From positions 1,674-65,673 of the forward strand of contig CAXTBN010000008.1 in NCBI GenBank assembly GCA_964242895.1: 64,000 nt of DNA. Direction: 5' to 3'. Made by a program: the position numbers and the translations under genes. The number at the start of each line of letters is the position of its first letter. The stretch's first letter is position 1. Of this stretch, positions 51,450-59,086 are shown one piece after another. The notes below the pieces were generated by a model that was not told the DNA's origin, ran no database searches, and saw only the letters and a program-made list of their open reading frames with translations. This DNA comes from an uncultured Caulobacteraceae bacterium. Its GTDB lineage: Bacteria; Pseudomonadota; Alphaproteobacteria; Caulobacterales; Caulobacteraceae.

Positions 51450-52118
51450 GTGCCCCGCTTCGACCTCGACCGCCTGCCGGGCCGCCTCAAGGCCTACGGC
51501 GACTACCTTTGGAAGGACCACGCCTACCTGCGCCTGGGCTTTCAGAACGCGCACTGGATCGACCGCAACCTGGTGCGCACCAACCAGCCCTGGCCGTTCC
51601 AGCTGCGCTGGTGGCGCGACAACGGGATCCGCAGCGTCATCAACCTGCGCGGCGGCGGCTTCGAGACCAGCTTCTACGTGCTGGAGCGTGACGCCTGCGC
51701 GCGCCTGGGCCTGACGCTGATCGACTTCCCCGTGAGCTCGCGCGAGGCCCCGTCCGCGGCCCAGGTCTCCGCCGCCCGCGCCCTTTTCGAGCGCACGCCC
51801 TACCCCGCCGTGATGCACTGCAAATCGGGGGCGGACCGGGCGGGGATCATGAGCGTGCTCTACGCCCACCTGCACCTCGGCCTGCCGCTGCGCGAGGCGC
51901 TGCGCGAGCTCAGCTTCCGCCACCTGCACGTGCGCGCGGGCAAGACGGGCGTGATCGACTTCGCCCTGGAGCGCTACCTGCGGGAGGTGGAGCCCACCGG
52001 CGTCAGCTTCTACGACTGGACGCAGGGTCCGGCCTACGATCCCGCGGCGCTCAAGCGCGAATTCCAAGCGGGAATGTGGGGAAGCCTGCTGACGGAGCGC
52101 ATCCTTCGTCGCGAATGA
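51450..52118 (+). CDS. protein tyrosine/dual-specificity phosphatase family protein
   Basis: CX5R active site HCKSGADRAG. Confidence 0.72.
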   Translation: MPRFDLDRLPGRLKAYGDYLWKDHAYLRLGFQNAHWIDRNLVRTNQPWPFQLRWWRDNGIRSVINLRGGGFETSFYVLERDACARLGLTLIDFPVSSREAPSAAQVSAARALFERTPYPAVMHCKSGADRAGIMSVLYAHLHLGLPLREALRELSFRHLHVRAGKTGVIDFALERYLREVEPTGVSFYDWTQGPAYDPAALKREFQAGMWGSLLTERILRRE

Positions 52119-53034
52119 CGTGCGGCTCCGAGGCCACGCGCAGCACTTCGCCGAGGGAACTCCGCAACCCGTCGAACACGGCGCGCAAGCGCTTGCTGCG
52201 GTGCAGGTCGTCGTGCGCCACCAGCCAAACGGGCATGACGAACACCACCACCTCGGGCAGCACGCGCATCAGCGTGGGCCGCTTCTGCGCCAGCGCGAGC
52301 GGCATGGCCCCGACGCCCAGCCCCGCCAGGATCGCGCCCATGCGGGCGCCCGCATTGTCCGTGCGCAGACGCATGCGACCGTGCTCGATCTTCAGCCCGT
52401 GGGCGGCCGCGCCCTCCATCACCTCCGAGCCGGTGCGCGTGGTGATCCAGGGCCAGTCGCCCAGGTCGTGCAGGCTGCGCGGCTCGCCGCGGTCGGCCAC
52501 CAGCTCGCGCGAGGCGAACAGGCCCACAGGCAGCTCGCCGACCTTGACGCCGATCAGCTCGGGCTCGGTGGGGCGGCCGAAGCGCACGGCGATGTCGGCG
52601 TCGCGCCGCTGCAGGCTCTCGATGCGGTCGGAGGCGATCACCTCGATCTCCAGCCCCGGATGCTCGGCCAGCACGGGGGCGAGCAGTCCCGGCAGCGCCT
52701 CCGCGGCGAACACCTCCGCCGTCGTGATCCTCACCACGCCCGGTGCGTCGCCGGCAGGCTGCGCGAAAGCGCGGGTGAGGGCCGTGACCTCCTGCTCCAG
52801 CACGGCGGCCGCCTCGTAGAGGCCGTGCGCCCGGTCGGTGGGGGTGAGCTCGCGGCCCGTGCGCAGGAACAGGGGCTCGCCGCACAGCTCCTCCAGCCGG
52901 CGGATCTGGCGACCGATGGTGGGCTGCGTCTGGCCGAGATTGCGGGCGGCCGCGGACAGGGTGCCCGTGCGCACCACCTCGATGAACGACCGGATCAGCG
53001 TCCAGTCCGCGGCTTCGGTCAGGGTGTCGGGCAT
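52051..53034 (-). CDS. LysR family transcriptional regulator
   Basis: HTH SFIEVVRTGTLSAAARNLGQTQPTIGRQIRRLEE. Start at ATG 53034 (an ATG at 53046 is also possible). Confidence 0.85.
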   Translation of the reverse strand: MPDTLTEAADWTLIRSFIEVVRTGTLSAAARNLGQTQPTIGRQIRRLEELCGEPLFLRTGRELTPTDRAHGLYEAAAVLEQEVTALTRAFAQPAGDAPGVVRITTAEVFAAEALPGLLAPVLAEHPGLEIEVIASDRIESLQRRDADIAVRFGRPTEPELIGVKVGELPVGLFASRELVADRGEPRSLHDLGDWPWITTRTGSEVMEGAAAHGLKIEHGRMRLRTDNAGARMGAILAGLGVGAMPLALAQKRPTLMRVLPEVVVFVMPVWLVAHDDLHRSKRLRAVFDGLRSSLGEVLRVASEPHVIRDEGCAPSAGFPTFPLGIRA

Positions 53035-53146
53035 GCAGAAATGCATAGCACGCGTGCAGACTTCGGCAATGGCCAAGCCATGGGCGCGGGCGTAACTGAT
53101 CGTGCGTCACCTAGACGTGACGGACATCCTCCCTGGAGTCATCCCC

Positions 53147-53494
53147 ATGATCGCAGCCACTTCCCTGGCCATGATCGCCGCCGTCGCCCTCGCCGCGACC
53201 GCTCCCGCCCCCAAGGCCGCCCCGCTCGACCCGCTGCCCCACGGCGTCACCATGGCCCGCCTCGTCACGCCGCTGGCCCAGCCCGTCGACCCGGTGCTGG
53301 ACGGGCGCATCTGGCACTGCGAGGGCGCCACCTGCCGCGTGAACGCCGCCACCAGCGCCCGCGCGCAGTCGATCGCCAGCGAGTGCGAGGACGCTTCGCA
53401 CGCCCTGGGCGCGTTCGAGTTCTACCAGACCGGCGCGCGCTCGGTGGAGGGCGACGACCTCGCCCGCTGCAACGCCCACGCGCACAAGCGCTGA
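53147..53494 (+). CDS. small secreted cysteine-containing protein
   Basis: ATG after GGAG. Signal peptide MIAATSLAMIAAVALAA. 4 Cys in the mature part. Confidence 0.5.
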   Translation: MIAATSLAMIAAVALAATAPAPKAAPLDPLPHGVTMARLVTPLAQPVDPVLDGRIWHCEGATCRVNAATSARAQSIASECEDASHALGAFEFYQTGARSVEGDDLARCNAHAHKR

Positions 53495-53545
53495 AACCCG
53501 CTCCCTCCCCGGGACGAGGCGGGGCCTGACGCGTGCGTGTGTGCG

Positions 53546-53773
53546 TCAGGCCCCCTCTTTCGACGGGTCGAGCAGGCGATGGGCGTGGACGATGAAATAG
53601 CGCATGTGCGCGTTGTCGACCGTCGCCTGCGCCCGGCCCTTCCAGGCGGCGCGCGCGCTGGCGTAGTCGGGGTACGCCCCGACGAAGTCGAGCTTCGACA
53701 GGTCGCGGAACTCGGTTCCGTCGACGTGGCTCAGCTCGCCGCCGAACACGAGGTGCAGAAGCTGATCCGCCAT
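53546..53773 (-). other. DUF4170 module (possibly an independently translated 75-aa protein)
   Basis: MADQLLHLVFGGEL...RYFIVHAHRLLDP resembles the stand-alone DUF4170 proteins of alphaproteobacteria. A GGAG lies about 12 nt upstream of this ATG. Confidence 0.55.
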
Positions 53774-54562
53774 GGGTGTCCGCGGCTCCGGTGCGGGTGA
53801 CGGGCGCGCTCTAGCGGCGGTGCGGGCCAGGATCAACGGCAGCAGCGCGGGCGCGCAGGCGACCAGCCCCGGCGCCAGCGCGTCCGGCGTGTTGAAGCGC
53901 AGGGGCGATCCTTGCGCGTCGGTGACGGCCGCCCCGGCTTCGGCTGCGATCAGCGCGCCGGCCGCGATGTCCCACTCGCGCTTGGGCGAGGGCGAGATGG
54001 CCGCGTCGAAGCGGCCGTCGGCCACCAGCGCCAGCCGATACGCCAGGGCGTTGCGGCGTTCGACGGTCCACGGCGGCCAGACGGGCGGGCGCAGCAGGTC
54101 GGGGTCTCCCACCACACGGGCGTCGCCGAAGCTCGACGGCGAGGCGCAGCGCAGGAGGCCGCCGTTCAGCGTGGCCCCGCCGCCGCGCTCGGCCAGGAAC
54201 AGCTCGTCCAGCTCCGGCGCGAATACCGCGGCGGCGACGGGCGCGCCGTCCTCCACCACCGCCAGGGAAGTGCAGAACCAGGGCTTGCCGCGGATGTAGG
54301 CGGTGGTGCCGTCTATGGGATCGACCACGAACACGCGCCGGCGCTCCAGGCGCGCCGCGTCATCCGCCGTCTCCTCAGACAGCCAGCCGTAGTCCGGCCG
54401 CGCCGCCAGCAGCCGCTCGCGCAGGCGCGCGTCCACCGCCAGGTCGGCGTCGGTGACGGGCGAGCCGTCCGCCTTCCCGCGCACCGCGCAGCGGCCGCGC
54501 ATGGCGAGCATGGTCTCGCCCGCCTCGCGCGCGGCGTCGGCCAGCAGGTCGCGGTCGCTCAC
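53546..54562 (-). CDS. inositol monophosphatase family protein (CysQ/SuhB-like) reading in frame into a DUF4170 module
   Basis: The GTG overlaps the pmbA stop (GTGA). IMPase motifs WLSEE, VVDPIDGT and WDIAAG. No stop codon before the DUF4170 ATG at 53773. Confidence 0.7.
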   Translation of the reverse strand: MSDRDLLADAAREAGETMLAMRGRCAVRGKADGSPVTDADLAVDARLRERLLAARPDYGWLSEETADDAARLERRRVFVVDPIDGTTAYIRGKPWFCTSLAVVEDGAPVAAAVFAPELDELFLAERGGGATLNGGLLRCASPSSFGDARVVGDPDLLRPPVWPPWTVERRNALAYRLALVADGRFDAAISPSPKREWDIAAGALIAAEAGAAVTDAQGSPLRFNTPDALAPGLVACAPALLPLILARTAARARPSPAPEPRTPMADQLLHLVFGGELSHVDGTEFRDLSKLDFVGAYPDYASARAAWKGRAQATVDNAHMRYFIVHAHRLLDPSKEGA

Positions 54563-55893
54563 GCCCCGGCGATGGCCAGCGCGTCCACGAACAGGGACGG
54601 GGCGTTGGAGGCGCCGCGCAGCTCCAGGTCGCTGGCCGGGACGAGGCGCGCGTAGATCTCCGGCAGGGCGCCTGCGACCGTGATCTCGGTGACCGGGTAG
54701 GCGGGCTCGCCGCCCTCCCACCACACGCCGGAGACGCCGGCGGACCAGTCGCCCGTGTTGGCGTTCAGCGACGGGCCGAACATGGAGGTGACCTGCAGGC
54801 CCCGCCCCCCCGCGGCGCGCATGAGCGCCTCCGGCGTCTCGCTCCCGGGCTCGACGGTGAGGTTGTGCGTGGAGACGCCGGGCGGCCCCGCCCCGCCGCG
54901 GCTGGCGTGGCCGGTGGTCGCCATCCCGAGCTGCCGGGCGGCGGCGCTGTTCAGCAGCCACGTCGTGACCACTCCGTCCTCCACCAGCGCCCGGCGTTCG
55001 ACGGCCACACCCTCGTCGTCGAAGGCGGCGGAGCCCAGGCCGCGCGGGCGCAGGGGGTCGTCGGTGATCCGCACGCCGGGCGCGAACACCCGCTCGCCCA
55101 GCCGCTCCTTCAGGAAGGAGACGCCGCGCGCCACCGCCGGCCCGCTCACCGCGCCGAGGTACGGCCCGATCAGCGACAGGCTGTTGCGGTTGTCGAACAG
55201 CACGGGCGCGGTGGTGGAGCCGATCTTGCGCGCGTTCAGCCGCGCCACGGCGCGCGCGCCGGCCCGGGCGCCGATCTCCTCTGACGACGGCAGGTCGGAG
55301 CGCCACCGCACCGCCCGACCTTCGCCCCCCCGCTCCATGCCCGCGCCCTCGCCGGCGATGGCCGAGGCGCCCACGGACGACACGCTGCCGCGGAACAGGC
55401 CGGAGAAGCCGTCGCTGGTCACCAGCCGGTGCGTGGTCGTGCTCCACGAGGCGGAGCCGCCGTCGGTGTTGGTGACGCCCGGATGCGCGCGGGCGACGGC
55501 GTCGGCGACGCGTGCGGCCTCCTCCAGCGCCTCGGGCGAGGGCTCGGAGGGATCGTAGAGGTCGAGGTCGGGTACGGGCCCCCGGGCCAGCCGCTCGCGC
55601 GGGGCGAGGCCGGCGTAGGCGTCCTCCGGCGCGAGGCGGGCCATAGCGACGGCGCGCTCGACGAGCCGCTCGACGGCGCGCGACGAGAGGTCGGAGCCGG
55701 AGACGCTCGCCTGCCGCCGCCCCACGAAGACGCGCAGGCCGAGGTCGCGGCTCTCCTCGCGCTCCACCTCCTCCAGCTCGCCCTCGCGGCTGGCGACGGA
55801 GAGGGCGCGGCGCTCGGCCCCCACCGCCTCCGCCGCGTCGGCCCCCGCCCGCAGCGCCCGGGCCACGACGTCGTGCAGCAACTGTTCGTCCAT
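54559..55893 (-). CDS. pmbA: TldD/PmbA family metalloprotease
   Basis: 444 aa, collinear with PmbA/TldE-type proteins (N-terminal LLHDVVARALRAGADAAEA). Confidence 0.82.
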   Translation of the reverse strand: MDEQLLHDVVARALRAGADAAEAVGAERRALSVASREGELEEVEREESRDLGLRVFVGRRQASVSGSDLSSRAVERLVERAVAMARLAPEDAYAGLAPRERLARGPVPDLDLYDPSEPSPEALEEAARVADAVARAHPGVTNTDGGSASWSTTTHRLVTSDGFSGLFRGSVSSVGASAIAGEGAGMERGGEGRAVRWRSDLPSSEEIGARAGARAVARLNARKIGSTTAPVLFDNRNSLSLIGPYLGAVSGPAVARGVSFLKERLGERVFAPGVRITDDPLRPRGLGSAAFDDEGVAVERRALVEDGVVTTWLLNSAAARQLGMATTGHASRGGAGPPGVSTHNLTVEPGSETPEALMRAAGGRGLQVTSMFGPSLNANTGDWSAGVSGVWWEGGEPAYPVTEITVAGALPEIYARLVPASDLELRGASNAPSLFVDALAIAGA

Positions 55894-55954
55894 GCGCCCG
55901 CATATGGCGGCGGCGGGGCCGGGAGGCCAGCGTGCGGGCTCTCGCGCCTACAGA

Positions 55955-56068
55955 CTCCGTCGCCCTCGGGCTTGACCCGAAGGCCGGGCGTCGCTCGTTT
56001 GGGCCTCGCAGCGCTCCGGCGGGTCGGCCCCTATGCTCGGCCCTCGGGTCGAGCCCGAGGGCGACGAA
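55955..56068. repeat. palindromic MITE/REP-like intergenic element, copy 2
   Basis: 14-bp terminal inverted repeat CGTCGCCCTCGGGC (55958-55971) / GCCCGAGGGCGACG (56053-56066). Shares the 21-nt core with copy 1. Confidence 0.7.
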
Positions 56069-56079
56069 GAGGTGAGGAG

Positions 56080-56961
56080 ATGAGCGAGGCGCCGGCAGGG
56101 GCGATGCGCGCCACCACCGACCCTGTCCTCGTCCTCGGCGCGACCAGCCTGATCGGCCGGTTCGCGCCCGCACACCTGCGTGAGGCGACCGGCGCCGGCC
56201 GGGGCGACGCCGCGCCCGCCGGTTACGCACGGTGGGTTCGGCTGGACCTCGCCGCACCGCAGCCGCCGCATCCGCCCGTCGCGACGGTGGCAAGCCTCGC
56301 GCCCGTGTGGCTGCTGCCCCCCGCCCTGCCCGCGCTGATCGCAGGCGGCCTGCGCCGGCTGGTGGCGGTCTCCTCCACCAGCCGCTGGACCAAGGCGGCC
56401 TCGTCCGTCGCCGCCGAGCGCGAGACGGCGCGGCGGCTCGCCGAGGCGGAGGACCGTGTCGCCGCCCTCTGCGACGCGGCGGGCGTGGCCTGGACGATGC
56501 TGCGCCCGACGCTGGTCTACGCGGAGGGGCGCGACCGCAACGTCTCGCGCCTCGCCGACTTGGCGCGACGCTGGGGCGTCCTGCCGCTCGCCGGCGCAGG
56601 GCTCGGTCGCCGCCAGCCGGTGCACGCCGACGACCTCGCGGCCGCCCTGCCGTCCGTGCTCGCCGCGCCGGCGACGGCGGGCCGCGCCTACGACCTGCCG
56701 GGCGGCGAGACCCTCACCTACGCCGACATGTGCCGCCGCGTATTCGAAGGGCTCGGACGTACGCCCCGCCTGCTGCACGTGCCGCCGCCGCTCTGGCGCG
56801 CCGGCCTGGCCCTCGCCTCGCCGCTGCTGCCCGGCGCGACCGCCGCCATGGGCGAGCGCATGGCGGAGGACCTAGTGTTCGACCCCGCTCCCGCTGCGCG
56901 CGACTTCGGCTGGCACCCCCGCGCCTTCCACCCGGACTTCCGGACGGTTCAGTCGCCGTAG
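56080..56961 (+). CDS. NAD(P)-binding epimerase/dehydratase-like protein
   Basis: Inner ATG after GGTGAGGAGA. N-terminal VLVLGATSLIGR Rossmann motif. Confidence 0.7.
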   Translation: MSEAPAGAMRATTDPVLVLGATSLIGRFAPAHLREATGAGRGDAAPAGYARWVRLDLAAPQPPHPPVATVASLAPVWLLPPALPALIAGGLRRLVAVSSTSRWTKAASSVAAERETARRLAEAEDRVAALCDAAGVAWTMLRPTLVYAEGRDRNVSRLADLARRWGVLPLAGAGLGRRQPVHADDLAAALPSVLAAPATAGRAYDLPGGETLTYADMCRRVFEGLGRTPRLLHVPPPLWRAGLALASPLLPGATAAMGERMAEDLVFDPAPAARDFGWHPRAFHPDFRTVQSP

Positions 56962-57293
56962 GTCGCCACCGCCAGCTCGGTCCCGGCCGGGTCGCGGAAG
57001 TGGAAGCGTCGGCCGCCGGGGAAGGCGAAGATCGATTTGACGATCTCGGCCCCCGCCACCGTCACCTTGATCAGCATGGCGTCCAGGTCCTCGGCGTAGA
57101 GCACCATCAGCGGCGCAGTCGGGCGCTCCGCCGCGTCGGCCTGGAAGCCGCCCTCCAGCCCCTCGTCGAAGGCGGCGTAGGTCGGACCCCAGTCGGTGAA
57201 GCGCCATCCGAAAGCCTCGGCGTAAAACCGTTTGGAGGCCGCCATCTCCAGCGCCGGCAACTCCACGTAGCCGATCTTGCCCTGCGCCTGCAT
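56949..57293 (-). CDS. VOC (glyoxalase/bleomycin resistance) family protein
   Basis: 114 aa with a single VOC module (YVELPALEMAASKRFY...). Confidence 0.78.
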   Translation of the reverse strand: MQAQGKIGYVELPALEMAASKRFYAEAFGWRFTDWGPTYAAFDEGLEGGFQADAAERPTAPLMVLYAEDLDAMLIKVTVAGAEIVKSIFAFPGGRRFHFRDPAGTELAVATYGD

Positions 57294-57321
57294 CCCTGAG
57301 CCCCAGCCGTGTTCCGCTTAT

Positions 57322-57335
57322 GTTCCACGTGGAAC
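57322..57335. promoter_or_regulatory. perfect 14-bp palindrome GTTCCACGTGGAAC upstream of the VOC gene
   Basis: Exact palindrome 29 nt upstream of the VOC ATG, with an extra GTTCC copy at 57311. Confidence 0.25.
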
Positions 57336-57343
57336 GGGGCGGG

Positions 57344-57994
57344 TCAAGGCAGGGCCCATACGCCGGTGCGCTTGACCTCCTGGTCCTCCAGCTCGCGCGT
57401 GGTGGGCACGCGGTACTCGGCCAGGGGCTGCAGGCCGGAGGCGTCGAAGTAGGTCCGGCCGGGGTCGCCGACCAGCACGCGCGCGCCGTTCGTCCGCGCC
57501 CGCTGGAGCCATGCGCGGACGCGGCCGGCGAGCGGCTGCTCGTAGGCGATGTCGCCGGCGCAGATGACGTCGACCTCCGGCGGATCTGCGTCGAGCAGGT
57601 CGGCGGCGGTGAAGGCCACGGCCACGCCGTTCGCCTCCGCGTTCAGCGCCACGGCGGCCTCGCAGAAGCCGTCCACGTCGGCGCCCAGCGCGCTCGCCGC
57701 GCCCGCGCGCATGGCCGCGATCGCCACCAGGCCGGAGCCGGTGGCGAAGTCGAGCACGCGCCGGCCCGCCACCTCCTCCGGGTTGTCGAGCAGCCACCGG
57801 GCGAGCGCTTGGCCGCCCGCCCAGGCGAAGGCCCAGAACGGTGGCGGCAGGCCGATGGCGCCCAGCTCCTCCTCCGTCGTGCGCCAGATGGGCGTGACCT
57901 CGTCGGCGAGGTGCAGCACCAGCTCCGGCGCGTGCGGTGGCCCCTGCAGGCGCGTGTGGGCGAGGATGAAGGCGCGCCGCTCGTCCGGACTCAC
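57344..57994 (-). CDS. class I SAM-dependent methyltransferase (protein methyltransferase-like)
   Basis: Motif I VLDFATGSGLVAIAA and a post-I acidic residue. Confidence 0.72.
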   Translation of the reverse strand: MSPDERRAFILAHTRLQGPPHAPELVLHLADEVTPIWRTTEEELGAIGLPPPFWAFAWAGGQALARWLLDNPEEVAGRRVLDFATGSGLVAIAAMRAGAASALGADVDGFCEAAVALNAEANGVAVAFTAADLLDADPPEVDVICAGDIAYEQPLAGRVRAWLQRARTNGARVLVGDPGRTYFDASGLQPLAEYRVPTTRELEDQEVKRTGVWALP

Positions 57995-58004
57995 GCGGAA
58001 CGGC

Positions 58005-58922
58005 TCAGCGGAACACGCCGCCCGCCAAGCCTGCGGCCAGGATCAGGCCGGCGGCCGCGTTGGACTTGAACAGCCGCAGCGCGGTCGCCGGGTCCGCCGG
58101 GCGCAGGCGCCGCACCTGCCAGCCGAGATGCAGGGCGAACGCGGCGACCCCGACGTAGGCCAGCGGCCCCAGCCCCGCCGCCGCGACGGCGATCAGCGCC
58201 AGCAGCACGGCCGCGGCGTAGAACACGCCCACGCCCGTCCGCACCGCCCCGCCCAGCCGCCGCGCGGAGGACTTCACGCCGGCCAGGGCGTCGTCCTCCA
58301 GGTCCTGCAGGGCGTAGACGGTGTCGTAGCCGAGCGTCCAGGCGATCCCCGCCGCGTAGAGCAGCCCCGCCGCGGGCTCCAGCGTGTCGGTCACCGCGCC
58401 GTAGCCCAGCAGCACGCCCCAGTTGAAGGTCAGCCCCAGCCACGCCTGCGGCCACCAGGTGATCCGTTTCATGAACGGGTAGGCCGCCACCAGCAGGAGG
58501 CTCGCCACCCCGAGCTCGATCGCCATCGCGCGCAGGGAGAGCAGGATCAGCAGCGCCGCGAGGCTGAGCCCCACCAGGTAGACGGCCGCCCCCCGCCGGC
58601 TGATCGCGCCCGAGGCCACCGGGCGGGCGGCCGTGCGCGCGACGCGGCGGTCGATGTCGCGGTCGACGATGTCGTTGAAGGCGCAGCCCGCCGCGCGCAT
58701 CAGCGCCGCCCCTGCGGCGATGCGAAGCAGCAGCGTCCAGTCGGCCATCTCATGCTGCTCGGACGCGGCGAGGGCGACGCCCCACCACCCTGGCAGCATC
58801 AGCAGCCAAATCCCCGCCGGGCGGTCGAAGCGGCCGAGCTTCAGCCAAGGCCGCCACGCGGCGGGCGCGAACCGGTCCACCCAGTTGGCGGGCGCGGCGT
58901 CGGGGAGCACGGCGTCGGTCAT
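58005..58922 (-). CDS. ubiA: 4-hydroxybenzoate polyprenyltransferase
   Basis: Asp-rich motif NDIVDRDIDRRV, about 9 TM, 305 aa. Confidence 0.88.
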   Translation of the reverse strand: MTDAVLPDAAPANWVDRFAPAAWRPWLKLGRFDRPAGIWLLMLPGWWGVALAASEQHEMADWTLLLRIAAGAALMRAAGCAFNDIVDRDIDRRVARTAARPVASGAISRRGAAVYLVGLSLAALLILLSLRAMAIELGVASLLLVAAYPFMKRITWWPQAWLGLTFNWGVLLGYGAVTDTLEPAAGLLYAAGIAWTLGYDTVYALQDLEDDALAGVKSSARRLGGAVRTGVGVFYAAAVLLALIAVAAAGLGPLAYVGVAAFALHLGWQVRRLRPADPATALRLFKSNAAAGLILAAGLAGGVFR

Positions 58923-59038
58923 GCGGCCATCGCCGTAGCACGATCGGGGGTGCGCCGGACCGCCCTCTGCGCGAATCGAAGAGTGCGGTGCAAGTGTGAC
59001 CGGTCAACTAACACCGCGACGAATAAACCGCTTGGCAG

Positions 59039-59086
59039 ACACCGCATCCAGTGTCTCTAGTGGCTGTCGAACACTAGATATGGGGT
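59039..59086 (+). promoter_or_regulatory. candidate tandem NrdR boxes
   Basis: ACACCGCATCCAGTGT (59039-59054) and ACACTAGATATGGGGT (59071-59086). Starts are 32 bp apart. By my count they match an ACACTATATATAGTGT-type consensus, recalled from memory, at about 11/16 and 13/16. Confidence 0.45.

Noticed and set aside
53033-53046. Palindrome ATGCA-N4-TGCAT at the LysR gene start, considered as a LysR box.
   Set aside because: It coincides with the two alternative ATG codons of the lysR gene itself and does not fit a T-N11-A box. It is probably coincidental.
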